Virus record (IMG/VR): IMGVR_UViG_3300042557_000098
DNA length: 64,000 nucleotides
Strand: one strand, 5' to 3'
DNA from: a virus
Part shown: in pieces, positions 12,201 through 21,285 of the stretch
Layout of the letters: the number at the start of each line of letters is the position of its first letter
How positions within the stretch are numbered: the first letter of the stretch is position 1
Position numbers and translations under genes: made by a program
Notes under the pieces: generated by a model
What the model saw: only the letters and a program-made list of their open reading frames with translations
Databases searched by the model: none
What the model was told of the DNA's origin: nothing

Positions 12201-15200
12201 TCCTTTAACTGATCTTGTAAACCTTGTAACTCTTCTCTTAATTCAGCAACACTGCGTTCATTAGGAGTTACATCTAACTCATCAATATTGGCAAGATCTC
12301 TTTCAAACTCAATTAAGTCTGACATTAATTCAGGGTTAGTTCTTCTAACTTCTGGATTAGCATTCAAATATTCTTGTAAAGCTAATGGAGTGTAAGGTAA
12401 GTTTGGATATTTAGCTTCAAACTTCTTAATCAGATCTAATGCCAAATCTACAGCAGTATCTAAAGCTTTCTCAACATTAGTTAAGAGCTTAGACAAAGCA
12501 TTAATATTTTTACCAGTATCTAATATTAAATCTTCAACAAGAGACTTTTGTTCTTTTAATTCATTGATAAAGTCTTCACTTTCTGCAGGAAGCTCACCTA
12601 TATTCTGAACCATGTCAGCAATGTAAGCTTGTGTAAACTCAAGTTCTTCTTGTTGAGATTCTAATTCTCTAATCTCATCAATTAACTTATCTCTTAGTTT
12701 AGATAATTTACTTGCAGCTCTAAGTGCGTTGGCTGTGGTTTTTTTGAACGCATTCTTCTTAGTCATCTCACCAGCCTTAAGCTTGGTTTCAACATTAGTA
12801 AGATCGCCTGTTATCTTCTCAAGTTCATTGTATTTTTGTTCTAATAACTTTTGTGTAGACATTAGCTTTGATGATGTTTCATCAAACATGTCATTTAGTA
12901 TTTTTAATCTAGCTTCTCTTTTAGCAGAAAATTTTGATTCTTTTAAACTAACAAATTCATCTAATGCTTGTTTTTGAATTGGTGTAAGTTCACCAACAGC
13001 CATAATCATAGGAACATCATATCCTTCTTGAGCTACAAATTGACTACCTGTAACCTCAATAGATTTAATCTTTCCTTTAGTGTCTCTGTACACAAAGTTT
13101 AATACTCCATCTTTAGGGGAGTATTCTAATCTACCTTTAACTTTCTTACCTTTACCAAAGTTAAATTGAAACACAGTGTTACTATGTTCCATATAGTATT
13201 TGGCTTTTTTATTATTTAAAGTGTCTGACACTTTGCCTAATTTATAGCCAGCTAATTCTTCTTTAGAGATGTCTCTTACAACACCATTAGAATCCTTAAT
13301 CTTAATAGTACCATCTTCATTTTCTCCAAGGATAGTTAATCTTGGAAATCCATAAACCTCATTACCATCTTTGTCATACTTAACAGTTCTACCTAAGTAG
13401 TATTCTGTATCTACTTCAATATCTTCTTCACCATCCTTAGTCTTAACTTTTACAGTTTCTTTCTTTGGAGCATCTTTATCCATAGTTTCTGCAGTGTCAT
13501 ACTTACTAGGATTGTTCTTTATATCATTATATTCAAACAAGAAGTTGTCTCTACGCAAAGCAAGCTCTGCAACATCTTCTAATGTCTGCATTAATTCATC
13601 TTCATTAATAGACTTTGATGCCTTAATTTTTTCAACAGCTGCTATGTAAGAATCACTGTCTCCATTAGTTAAGTCATTAACAACAGTAGTAGTATCAATA
13701 CCTACAGCATCTAACACTGTCATTAATTGAGGAAGTCTTTCATCATAGTCTGCCACCTTAGTTGCAGCATATATCATCTGATCCATCACCTTTGGTGAAT
13801 AGACAGGCTTACCATCAGCATTTACTAACCCACCATAGCGTACATCTAATGATTGATATAATGATTTAATGTTCTGAGCAGTAACTTCTAAGTTAGCTAA
13901 TCTTTGTAGATATGCTTCTTTAGTATCTGTATCTAATGCCTTACCTTCTGATTGTAACTGTGCAAATCCCTCATCAGTCATTGCTAGAGTTTTATACTGA
14001 GCAATGTCGCTTTGAACAAGATCAAATCTACCATACTTAATACGAGGAGTTAGATAGTTGATTATGTAATCACGCTCTAAGTCTTTGCTCTCTAGAATAT
14101 CACCTCTTCTTATTGTTGTTTCTCTTTCCTCTTGTATAATTGTACCTCTATTAACAGATCCTTTAACTTCTTTAGAGAAGTCAGACAAGATAGCATTATT
14201 AAATTCTGTAATAGCAGCTTGTGTATTCTTTGACTTTTCTTTTGCTTCACCAAACTTACCAGCACCTAACATTAATGCTCCAGACAATCCACCAATAAGT
14301 ATGTTCTCCATACCCTCATTAGTAGTTAATGTTTCACTAATTCCTGCAGCAACACCATCTAACCAATTAGTTGGTTCGTTGTTATATTTCTTATTGTAAT
14401 AGTTTTCTGTAGATTTGCCAATTGCGTATTGTGCACCTTCCTCAAATGCTTCTGAAGCAGAGAAGGTATATGGTCTCACCTTATTTAATGTAGATAAGAT
14501 TTTTCCAAATCTATTAGGAGCTGCTATATATTTACCAGTAGCGTCTGTTGTAATTTCACCAATTTCTTTTGTAAGAGAATTAACAATCCCTTTCTCCCCT
14601 TTGTATGTAGCTCCTAGTATTTTAGGAAACTGAATATAGTTAGTAGCAGTTAATAAACCAACGTTTGCAAAGTAAGAAGAATTACCCACTTCTTCAGAAA
14701 GTTGATTAATCTTTAACAGATCTTCTCCCATAGGAGCTTGACCACCATTTGCTTCTTTATATTCTTCAATCTTTTTATTTCTAAAATCATTAAGCGTATG
14801 GTATGCTTCAAAGCCAGCCTCACCCACTGTACCTAAAGCTGCAACAGTAATTCTACCTCCTTGACCTAATGAGCTATAAGATGATAAAAACTTATCAGAA
14901 AGTCCTTTAAGTTTACCATAAGTAGAAGCTGCTTTATCTGCAGCAAGCAATGCTTCTTCTGAAGCAGCTAAAGCTTGAGCACCCTTACCCACTGAGAACA
15001 GTCTAGCTGTAAGAGGGATTGATTTTAGAGCAGCAGCATATGCTCCTCCTGACAATGCAGCACCTGCAGCAAAGCCTAAGTTTTTAACAACTCCATCCCA
15101 AATAAAGTTAGCACTAAATAACTTACTTGGAGAATACCAATCTTGTTCTCTTTCTCCTGCTTTATAATAGTTAGGCATTATGTTTTCAGAAGCCTTTACA

Positions 15201-15697
15201 ACTTCCTCATCTAAAAACCTATTCATGTCATTATCATAAATATCTGCAAATCTTCCAGAGTTTGCAAAGTTAGCTAGACCATTTACTAGTCCTACAGTAG
15301 ATTGTAAGAAAGTAGTTCCTGTAAGAACTAAACCTTTACCTACACCATTAACCATTTTACTAGCCCAACTTTGACTTTGAGCATAAGCATCTTCATTATT
15401 ATAATCACCAGGCATGAAGCTCTTATATCTATCACTACTTACCTCTGTTAAAGTTCTATCAATGCCACCTGCCATCTTCTTACCATCATTTCTACCTGCA
15501 GTTAATACAGCATTCTCAAGAGCACTTAATGCAGTAGGAGTAGGTTCTCCATCCATCATAGGAATACCAGTTCCTTCGTATTGACTTCGCAAGCTTTGAT
15601 AAGGAACACTTGCAGGTCTTTCAGGAAGTTCAGTAGGTGTATAATCATTCAATGATGAATCTAATAATGCCCTGTCTATTAAAGGAGTATCTGCCAT
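3260..15697 (-). CDS. Giant 4145-aa virion protein. Zincin-like HEVFH motif at residues 1917-1921; DFDID at residues 3287-3291; long coiled-coil stretches. Candidate virion RNA polymerase or ejected cargo protein
   Basis: Single uninterrupted 12.4-kb ORF with an ATG start. HExxH lies in a hydrophobic context (AYHEVFHAIW). The DFDID motif recalls the catalytic triad of double-psi beta-barrel RNA polymerases. The position at the distal end of the structural operon matches where crAss-like phages place their giant proteins. Confidence 0.85.
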   Translation of the reverse strand: MADTPLIDRALLDSSLNDYTPTELPERPASVPYQSLRSQYEGTGIPMMDGEPTPTALSALENAVLTAGRNDGKKMAGGIDRTLTEVSSDRYKSFMPGDYNNEDAYAQSQSWASKMVNGVGKGLVLTGTTFLQSTVGLVNGLANFANSGRFADIYDNDMNRFLDEEVVKASENIMPNYYKAGEREQDWYSPSKLFSANFIWDGVVKNLGFAAGAALSGGAYAAALKSIPLTARLFSVGKGAQALAASEEALLAADKAASTYGKLKGLSDKFLSSYSSLGQGGRITVAALGTVGEAGFEAYHTLNDFRNKKIEEYKEANGGQAPMGEDLLKINQLSEEVGNSSYFANVGLLTATNYIQFPKILGATYKGEKGIVNSLTKEIGEITTDATGKYIAAPNRFGKILSTLNKVRPYTFSASEAFEEGAQYAIGKSTENYYNKKYNNEPTNWLDGVAAGISETLTTNEGMENILIGGLSGALMLGAGKFGEAKEKSKNTQAAITEFNNAILSDFSKEVKGSVNRGTIIQEERETTIRRGDILESKDLERDYIINYLTPRIKYGRFDLVQSDIAQYKTLAMTDEGFAQLQSEGKALDTDTKEAYLQRLANLEVTAQNIKSLYQSLDVRYGGLVNADGKPVYSPKVMDQMIYAATKVADYDERLPQLMTVLDAVGIDTTTVVNDLTNGDSDSYIAAVEKIKASKSINEDELMQTLEDVAELALRRDNFLFEYNDIKNNPSKYDTAETMDKDAPKKETVKVKTKDGEEDIEVDTEYYLGRTVKYDKDGNEVYGFPRLTILGENEDGTIKIKDSNGVVRDISKEELAGYKLGKVSDTLNNKKAKYYMEHSNTVFQFNFGKGKKVKGRLEYSPKDGVLNFVYRDTKGKIKSIEVTGSQFVAQEGYDVPMIMAVGELTPIQKQALDEFVSLKESKFSAKREARLKILNDMFDETSSKLMSTQKLLEQKYNELEKITGDLTNVETKLKAGEMTKKNAFKKTTANALRAASKLSKLRDKLIDEIRELESQQEELEFTQAYIADMVQNIGELPAESEDFINELKEQKSLVEDLILDTGKNINALSKLLTNVEKALDTAVDLALDLIKKFEAKYPNLPYTPLALQEYLNANPEVRRTNPELMSDLIEFERDLANIDELDVTPNERSVAELREELQGLQDQLKEYEQDLKAREAILTRFQDVAKAYKLQKEQEKKLKSDGKLINAVIGTLSKEQLDNTPYSVKYEPTSKKGPKILVTSTVASKNILGYARANYFGNKFNSFPNKNNIFGVLVTSANEDNIIPGLTSYLQNNNTDIDPTKTIALVMVEDQGNGNFVLVGQDGQPLAEGQDKLENAVFQVMPDESLQWGPDFGNETMFRSNTPEQTRKELKDQYIAFRNETLKDPAVRLQSITPSFGRPTRVSITLPDGKKVTDPSAAVSVKAAGLIEDKDLVEKQLIEVPTVAKDISKGSTEFTDVLGRIFLVLDNAYVKLKNRLFNTKEAETIYEVLNQLSNNVFDDGGVEARSEYLIDWLRSVTFWGKPKEGKDPGYNSIWFERADGELRLFFSGKGESLSFTPQAMETQKDAIVTLLQNMYNNVNARKVQNTDEYNLTYEEIIGIGENGIPQTKEWQNYQTYLLSDEGRTADEIPLFTDITALESPEDTNREGVYFTLSDAADNFTITEIVRTVPKTVVPGGIKPTAATPVSAEEEETFTVGETQEAPIETKTGSKFVLDGKTKNIFITPKGTRIAFTANRNLLAKGDIDNGIKILKGEDLAKAEEALIAANIKKEDMGRALKAPIANFLNVPVQKATAVEEDEEAFAIPDEADADDVVIEIEEKAPAQITTKGPSVRSGAIKEALLEDEDGDLREILENEIKTFKSENWKKLEQWLRTNLPNVPVYRVKNVIKATGGRKAWGMYKNGAIYVYTNAEAGTAYHEVFHAIWNMFSDPKERKAIVNEFKNRKGSFVDRVTGQEVKYSEATPGQIKEQLAEEFREYVLDKKVPPKPADGRPYIIKLFTDLANFIKEYFLGPQAARNTEELFKRIGEGYYKNASPYQSKLALAKPGIIDVEDAIGDPTSEYSLIANGLTGEQVHDTIQQMTYSTLTNLIATNQSLFDIPAKNRAVIYKEAKDNLKYTVVDKIKNIAAKLMKEGIATKEDVAPEVAKAEQLFAIIDKNWDEITQIFEEQLLSYSIEFDENDSTQTTNENNTGRGDYQESEKIDKFKKANAAIKLLLATIPYRNARGKRTLSSINGVRLIPMSKVYIDLKNALYNSDTVDDMMEKLREFVESQKPEYGVIYQRLTGQPSSEKLNPYANIKTDADLQLVTSFYNVMKGQAPDVVTVYTAPDGTVVTTDMSVGTASKQIAIDMENSIISSIQKNLGKYYRYDAPNKMYVAIKKNIENQQLGSLERSVLFMKSLGVDVPIRMIRRLGFESDFNKAVAGIKKNLLEAEQIKFISSKTINTAGRVKEIADMLAKIQNPDFESTYFNLEGDRVQSFIGGNAISSLRDFLTKISNKKQLVGSRYEYLLTDNFANTGSVFMDKIFDKDSGNKLPKGDEILSTAYAGGMIDEGLGKRKDPASLTPSERLKEELNLNLAGYYMNLVPGDASLDWANYVGNTVTLNSLKKDNSSIHKVFKGYFLSELAVSREGRKIVQDENETRKSTDLRFFKNILGPSLHEDIVSYDPSKEKSLEDVYTHFESRINTAIDAFVKKDIERRKAVYSNYNILSEDENGFNFNGVEFEKKRSLSENDVDVNIKYLSVNYMINNIELHKLVYSDPYFYKDELKRIKSFLSPRQAIIYGSAGLNAVMNNVYNDDYTDIDDLGYTDFTADYFKTITLEDVKGVADVEGFAKEYSSFTETDGGGMISMQAYRNFRIRASNWNPNEERQYRYDVAFEKRDKGQDLSPNESNLLEAGNPQVKSAYTPLKPIVAGAKMSKQSYNDVVLDKFALYPLSYRVLHEINKDSNAIKLYNKMQENNIDYAVFDSGRKVGADVLVKLYDSKGNFNDAPIADTDKINIPFSIISVQSEVPSKDEAFVTRGSQITKLVTLDFLQAGVPFDFMSDEKDFNKRLEAWENLEDETAMANASPFFKEILENQDLLEEMTDIGYKNLLDRLGIKQTKAGFEIVDPEKIAQTLRSELFKREVNRNIVAALVGFEKGQVLIEASPMYSQVRNILYSIVDKNIVRPKINGGLKVQIPSTGFESVRPVGKNGLFESDVLKFYEKGGERVAEVMVGRWFDSDMSDEALLEYLNETKEGQALLKGVAFRIPTQKQNSVDVIKIAKFLPKEFGDSVVVPAALVQKVGSDFDIDKLSMYFKNIYKGKDGKPKLIPYFGMGKDAIKKFEEMFDKGEFLTKEQLQELDRYIAEEQIMLEDLIEEKSNASKLITAIVGNLNGLINEDELTQEFTRGIKAKDQIINLLYKKSIENQYIQSLENIIGSEANYTRLVTPNNAKLLKDMSIDITDKLGLGSFDYSSTDNMLNQIFMSRLRQAFVRGKYAIGLAAVAQTNHAQNQRSNMYVDKSMMYKLSKSDQKWLGDANVNFSKYNTVRVGGRTVPSLSGIKDANNKYDISDIIGQFIDGYVDIAKGPWIMELGASPNVAPTWLFLVKIGVPIKEVAYFMNQPIIRDYVRELENSGYTWLFNDSTVAAIKDSEKYKVDPSKVQGLNSIPNVAALEKNIGKKSFDVAGKAEQQFILNEFLKYGMMANQLFKVVQGSNFDTTAFNDPMLIFKKEEQLSQARETIISSVDNLLNKSFIGRVRIGLRDSRNAIGQTALTSDTRRVRGVLQSVLRPYVNLNDRQFVKVARKAVNDLFDWAVQINPTFKINMERDLLSKDGTAKQITDYFNDIKNDPEHVLHNNVIVNSLAPKFAGTEEERPNNLYMPGKDNKVYDQNKVIYGFEELRNYMESTGDLPLYKKLVKLSILQSGLSTSAISFTSLIPYDDFVEEYNDILSKLETLPNLADFATLNVFERNNWNDDEIVPHKKAQWKTEKQKDGKLKTRYDNNALTILNTGANIAMRDKKIPQLIKISTLSRESTKDIIVYSWEEIPQGKTRAEMVKASDFSFIKKGLFKKVIDDGVDPLITYNRSGYTFIVYKAINAWGDSFRANEFYDFANKSKIDNGFIKVDEVSDDTIKSVFIGGQKTPPVEASEIDDVLNKKDKGCKK

Positions 15698-18297
15698 TAT
15701 AAAGGTTTTTGAGAAGCTTTTTGTATTTTTTGTAAGTCACCAGCTGTTGCTGGTCTTTCATTTATCAATCTAAATATCTCACTATCATTCATATTTTTTA
15801 TAGCCATATTAAGCCCTTCCTTAGTCATACTTCCTACACTTGGATAATACATCTCATCAACAGTCCATCCTCTTTTCTTAGGGTCAGGATTATAGGCTTT
15901 GATTGCTAATGTATAATTACCTGGACTAAGTTGTATGATATTTGCTTTCACACCATAGGTTTTTACATTTTCAAAATCAAGATTACCTAAGAAAGCATTG
16001 CTAACAGTTGTCCTGGCACTACCATCTTTGGCAGTGGTCATTCCTCCTGTTTTATTTATTTGATCTAAATATGGTCTTAGTTGTTGTGATGCTACATCAT
16101 CAAATTGAGTACCAAAGCCTCCTATTTTTTGTTCTGGAGTTAATCTAAAACTAGTTGCTTTTCCTCCTGGACCAACAGCTGTAACTTTATAATAAGGTTC
16201 TTGGAATTCAGTGCCTTCAGCAACATCTATTGAAAAGTTTGGATTTTCTGATCCTGCAATTTCTCTAGCAGTCTCAACATTAAAATCAGGAGAGCCTGCA
16301 AGTTTACCACCACTCTTCTCAGCAGCAGCAGCAGCAGCAATTAAAAAGCTTTTTAAACTTCCTTTTTGAGCAGGAGTTATTGAAGGGATGTTATATCCAG
16401 CAGCTTGACTTACAGAAATCCTATTTTTAAAAGTATCTTCCATAGTCTTATCAATCTTTTGTAAGGTTTCTTTATAAGGCTTATTTACAGTCTTTGCATA
16501 ATTGTCTAGTTGAGCTAATATAACCTTGTCAGAATCATATCTCTTGGCTGGCATCTTACTCCAAATCTTATACAAGTTATACATCTTAGGACTTAACTCT
16601 TGTCTAGCTTTAGCATCTGCTGAAGCTACAGGAGTTCCTGCCATACCAACAACAGATCCTCCACCTGGAGCTGTACCACCACCAGTACCTCTATATTTAT
16701 ATGCTACTGTATTAAAGTCTACAAAGTCTTTAGCTGTATATTGATATACTTCATTACCTTTTTTATAAGTAACAGTAGGAGCATTTTTAGGAATAAGCTT
16801 ATCTATTGTACCATGTTCAGCTTCTGCCTTTCTTCTAACATCTAATATTAATTCTTGATTAGCTTCAGCTTGTCTTCTTTCTTTTTCTGTAGTATTAAAA
16901 TAGTTAGCTACAACAGGACTAACCCCTGTAGGTCTTGTTTCCCACGCAGCTCTTTGTTGTTCAAACCATTCTTTAGTTTTACCTTGAGACTTTAAAAAAG
17001 CTTCATCTCTATCTTTAATTTTACCTAACTCTATATCTGTTGTTCTTGTAAGTTCACCAACAGTTAATTTAGGAAGAGTATCCTGATCTACAGGAGCTGC
17101 AAAAGCACCATATCCTTCTGCTGTTTTCTTTGCTATTTTATTAGCCTCTTCTGCAGCTTTGACTTCTCTACTTTTCCAATACATATTATCTTTATGTATC
17201 ATCCAAGCTTGATTTTTTGTTTCCCTTTGCATTTGCATTTGAGCTGCAGGACTATCTTCTTTTGTGATCTCAACTTCTGTATGAGAGAAAGGTTTAGCAA
17301 AGTTGTTAATAGAGTTAAGAGTAAATAAGTTTGCCTTAGCTCTTTCCAAATCTCCTCTATCAACAAGACCTAATATACTATCTCTTTCTTTATTAAGTTT
17401 GTTAATTGTAGAATCAAGACCATTTATCTTATCTTGAATCATTTGTTTCTGAACATTTGAATTTGTAGAACTTAAAGAATTTTGAAGAAGTTCTTTTTGT
17501 TTAGTGAAGTATTCAGACTTATCTAAGTATTCACTATTAACATTCTCTTTAAATAAATTAGGATCAGTAACATTACTATATGTATATACACCATCTATCT
17601 CTAACTGTCTCCAGTCAGCAGGTGTTAAACCTACAGATAGTGCTTGTTTGATTTGGTCAGGAGACACACCTGCAAGTTTTGTTCTTGTAACAGCATCTGC
17701 TAAGACCACTTGAGGTTTCCCATCTTTACCAACAACTGTTGTAAAATCTTCTTCTGTAATAGTTGAATCTCCAGTGAGATCCTTTATAATATCTAATGCA
17801 TTTTTTCTCCAGTTTGTGTATGGATCATACCCTCCACTAAATGTTTCTTTTACATCTCCATTCATCCACTTGTTAGTTTTTTGTTGAAACAACCAGTCAT
17901 TTGATGGAGAAGTCTTGCCATCTTTTAGATATTCTTCTCTTTCCTTAACAGCTTTTTTATATTGTTGCGTAGATGATACAGCGTTTATGATGTTTTCATC
18001 TTTAATAATTTGACCTGTCATACCAGCAACTGAGTTAACTAGTTGTTGATTAGAGAAGTCTCCTGCTGCCACAGTCTTTAATCTACTACCTAACTCATTG
18101 AGTTTAGATTGTAATACCTGTTTGTCTTGGGGTCTGTATAATTCTATACCACCAACTCGATCAATTTCATTCTGAATTTTTTGCACACCTTGATCATACT
18201 GGGCTTGCTTTTGCATGCCCACTTGCACCATGGCCTCCACAGGGAGCTCTTGGATGTAAGGGTTGAATTGTAAGGATTTATCAGTAAACGATGCCAT
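15697..18297 (-). CDS. 866-aa virion protein of unknown function; first of three large distal genes, TAATG-coupled to the 4145-aa gene
   Basis: Long ORF with an ATG start; its stop overlaps the next start by 1 nt; sits in the structural operon. Confidence 0.8.
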   Translation of the reverse strand: MASFTDKSLQFNPYIQELPVEAMVQVGMQKQAQYDQGVQKIQNEIDRVGGIELYRPQDKQVLQSKLNELGSRLKTVAAGDFSNQQLVNSVAGMTGQIIKDENIINAVSSTQQYKKAVKEREEYLKDGKTSPSNDWLFQQKTNKWMNGDVKETFSGGYDPYTNWRKNALDIIKDLTGDSTITEEDFTTVVGKDGKPQVVLADAVTRTKLAGVSPDQIKQALSVGLTPADWRQLEIDGVYTYSNVTDPNLFKENVNSEYLDKSEYFTKQKELLQNSLSSTNSNVQKQMIQDKINGLDSTINKLNKERDSILGLVDRGDLERAKANLFTLNSINNFAKPFSHTEVEITKEDSPAAQMQMQRETKNQAWMIHKDNMYWKSREVKAAEEANKIAKKTAEGYGAFAAPVDQDTLPKLTVGELTRTTDIELGKIKDRDEAFLKSQGKTKEWFEQQRAAWETRPTGVSPVVANYFNTTEKERRQAEANQELILDVRRKAEAEHGTIDKLIPKNAPTVTYKKGNEVYQYTAKDFVDFNTVAYKYRGTGGGTAPGGGSVVGMAGTPVASADAKARQELSPKMYNLYKIWSKMPAKRYDSDKVILAQLDNYAKTVNKPYKETLQKIDKTMEDTFKNRISVSQAAGYNIPSITPAQKGSLKSFLIAAAAAAEKSGGKLAGSPDFNVETAREIAGSENPNFSIDVAEGTEFQEPYYKVTAVGPGGKATSFRLTPEQKIGGFGTQFDDVASQQLRPYLDQINKTGGMTTAKDGSARTTVSNAFLGNLDFENVKTYGVKANIIQLSPGNYTLAIKAYNPDPKKRGWTVDEMYYPSVGSMTKEGLNMAIKNMNDSEIFRLINERPATAGDLQKIQKASQKPL

Positions 18298-18373
18298 AAT
18301 ACAAAATTAATTTAAAATATTAGAATTACCAAGAGCTATAACAAATTTTAGTAATTCACTATAACTTAATTAG

Positions 18374-21265
18374 TTAGAGATTTTTTAAAGCTTTTACAAG
18401 TGAACCATGTCTAGCTTCTTTGACTTTATATCCTGTAATGTCTCCTTTCTTATTATAGATAGGAAGAAGATCATTTCCTTTTGCATCTGTAGATTTTTGA
18501 GACCCTCCTGCTCCAGGAATATTAAACTGAGCAGGAGCATTCATATTAATTGCTCTACCACTTGGAGTGAATCTAAAGTTGTACATGTTCTCCATAACAG
18601 CAAGTTGTCTATTAGCAGCTCTTTGTTGTGCTGTCTTAGCAGCTATAGAACTTAAGGCATTGAATGCTTGTTCTCTAGTATTAGATCTAGCCTTAGCTTG
18701 GTTAACGTATTGATTATCAAGGATTTGTAAATTTTTAAGCTGAGCATCATTTAACATTGCTCTATTCTTATCATAGGTCTGCATCTTGTTTGCAGCATTG
18801 ATTCTTGTTTGTTCTCCTAAGACTTTGTTCTTAGCTTCTAAGCTTTGAGCCATAATCATTGCTTGGGCAGCTGGATTTTGACCTGCTGCTCTGATAGCTG
18901 CTCTAGATTGAGAATCAATAGCATTAAGCTGATCATTCAAAGAAATGTCCATAGGAGTATCTAACATTGGCTGGAACGTCTGAGCCTGTACAGGTTCTAA
19001 CTGATTGGTAGCCAATGCAAAGTATTCTGGATATAACTGATCTGGAGATAACTCTTCCCTAGCATTGCTAGGTCTTAGGAATGGTGCTAAGTTAGATAAA
19101 AGAGTGGGACCATATTTCTCAAGTCCTTTACCTAAAGTACTTCCTAATGACTTTAATGCTTGTCCAAATCCTCCACCTTCACCTCCATCTCCACCTACTC
19201 CAGCTATTTCAACTACTCCAGGAAGATCTCCAGATTGATCTACTAGATTTCCTGACTGATCAAAGTAATTCATATTTTGATCATATCCAGACATTACACC
19301 ACCAGTATTTTGTGAAGTGTTAATTTCTTCTTCTAAATAATTATTTTTAGGATCAAAATATTCATACTCTCCATTTTGAGCCTTCTTTAATTTCTTACCA
19401 TGTTTAGCCATCATACGTTTGTCATATTCTTTTTCAAGCTTACCTTCAGCAAGTTTGTCACTCTTAACTCCTAATTGACTAGCTGTATCAAGAATGGCAT
19501 TTTGTACAATACCTGCTTCTTTAATCTTATCAGCATTTATCTTTTGATAAGACTCAGCTCCTTTTTTCATAAGAGCTCCTGTTAATAAAGTTAAATGACC
19601 AGCTGTACTATTGTTATCAGCACTATTAATCATTTCAGTAGCCTTGTCAATTCTTTTTAATTGCTTTGCATCATTCTTAGCTATGTCAGCTACATAATGT
19701 TTAAACTTCTTACCCTTTGCTTTTGAATCTCCCATAAGGTCTGCTATGTTTTTATCAATCTTCATGTTACCAAATACAACCATATTGCTTTCTTCACCAC
19801 CATTTTCTAATTTAACAGCTGGTTCACCACCTTCAACCTCTACACCATTCTCACCAAAGTTAATAGGAATGCCACCATTGTCATGAGATCTTCCTTTAAA
19901 CATAACTGTCTCACCACCATCTGGTAGGAAAGGATTGTAAGAGATAGTTTCTGCCTTACCACCTTCTAATATTTCTAAGTCACCACCCATAGCCATCTGT
20001 CCACCCTGTTCCATAGTTAAAGGCTTTCGCTCAGGTCTGCCAGTAAACATTGCTTCTGCACTAGGAGGTGTATAATACTCATCTTTTAAATGACCACCAC
20101 TTCTTAACATATCTGCATCTGTAGGTGGCTTTAACAAGTCTTTAATATTATACTCACCAAACTTAGCAATTGTCTGTGGTTGCCATGTATGACTAACCCA
20201 CTTATATTCATCACCTACATCCACCTTACCACCTTGTTCCATATATGCACCAAACTGATTTTGTTGAGCTTGTTGGAACGCAGCTTGTTGAGTGTTCATC
20301 TCAGCTTTCTTTTTCTCTGCTTCTAGTTCTCTAGCATTTTTAGCACCACCTAATAGGTTACCACCCACTGTACCAATAAGTCCACCAATTGCACCACCTA
20401 AAGGTCCACCTATAAGACTACCTGCTGCTGTACCTACAGCACTACCAATCTGTGCTTGACCAGAACTTTGGAAGTAATCTCCAAATGCTGCTTCAGGAAG
20501 ATTGCCACCTTTTTTAAATTGTTTCAATGTTTCTCCCATTGGTTCAAATCCAAGGTCAGTGTACATATCACCAGGATTGTACATGTTCTGAATCTCTGTA
20601 GGATTGCCACCAATCATTCTACCATTCTTAGATAAAAAGTTTGTACCTGATCCATAAGGATTACCTAACTGTCCAGGTTGTGCAATATAATCTTCTGGTC
20701 TTACATACTTACGTTTAACTTTCTCTCTTGTAGAGCTAGCTTGTAAAGCTAGTTCTGATAACTCTCTAGCTTGATATGCTTTGTTTATTGCTTTTCTTTG
20801 TGAACCAATTGCTTCGATACCTCCTATGATTCCTGGCAATGCACCAATAGCTGCTGTTGCTGCTCCTGCTGCCATGCCACCACCACCAGCACCCTCAGGA
20901 AGACCACCTTCACCAAATGCAGCATCTGTAGCTGCTTTTGTAACTACTTCTTGTCCAGCAGCATTCTGTGATCCACCAACAAGTCCTGTCCAGTTACTAT
21001 AAGTAGCAGGTTGTACAGCAGGTTGAGCATTTCCCCAGCCCATAAGATTTAGCACATTTCCATTAGCACTACCACCACCCTGAAACTTAGGAGGATTACC
21101 AAAGTCTGTAAGTTGGTGTAACTGGTCATATACCATAGCTTTACCCATAGCAGCTTTTTTAAGTTGCTTACCATGAACTTTCATAAATGCTTCTTCTGTA
21201 GGAAACTTCTTGTAGAATTCCTTCTCAGACTTTACTTTAGCAATCTTTAATATTTGGTCTTTCAT
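18374..21265 (-). CDS. 963-aa Gly-rich virion protein (internal, ejection or tape-measure-like)
   Basis: Long ORF with an ATG start, several poly-Gly/Ala low-complexity tracts, and its position in the tail/cargo module. Confidence 0.8.
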   Translation of the reverse strand: MKDQILKIAKVKSEKEFYKKFPTEEAFMKVHGKQLKKAAMGKAMVYDQLHQLTDFGNPPKFQGGGSANGNVLNLMGWGNAQPAVQPATYSNWTGLVGGSQNAAGQEVVTKAATDAAFGEGGLPEGAGGGGMAAGAATAAIGALPGIIGGIEAIGSQRKAINKAYQARELSELALQASSTREKVKRKYVRPEDYIAQPGQLGNPYGSGTNFLSKNGRMIGGNPTEIQNMYNPGDMYTDLGFEPMGETLKQFKKGGNLPEAAFGDYFQSSGQAQIGSAVGTAAGSLIGGPLGGAIGGLIGTVGGNLLGGAKNARELEAEKKKAEMNTQQAAFQQAQQNQFGAYMEQGGKVDVGDEYKWVSHTWQPQTIAKFGEYNIKDLLKPPTDADMLRSGGHLKDEYYTPPSAEAMFTGRPERKPLTMEQGGQMAMGGDLEILEGGKAETISYNPFLPDGGETVMFKGRSHDNGGIPINFGENGVEVEGGEPAVKLENGGEESNMVVFGNMKIDKNIADLMGDSKAKGKKFKHYVADIAKNDAKQLKRIDKATEMINSADNNSTAGHLTLLTGALMKKGAESYQKINADKIKEAGIVQNAILDTASQLGVKSDKLAEGKLEKEYDKRMMAKHGKKLKKAQNGEYEYFDPKNNYLEEEINTSQNTGGVMSGYDQNMNYFDQSGNLVDQSGDLPGVVEIAGVGGDGGEGGGFGQALKSLGSTLGKGLEKYGPTLLSNLAPFLRPSNAREELSPDQLYPEYFALATNQLEPVQAQTFQPMLDTPMDISLNDQLNAIDSQSRAAIRAAGQNPAAQAMIMAQSLEAKNKVLGEQTRINAANKMQTYDKNRAMLNDAQLKNLQILDNQYVNQAKARSNTREQAFNALSSIAAKTAQQRAANRQLAVMENMYNFRFTPSGRAINMNAPAQFNIPGAGGSQKSTDAKGNDLLPIYNKKGDITGYKVKEARHGSLVKALKNL

Positions 21266-21285
21266 ATTATACTCTATTGTATGAT

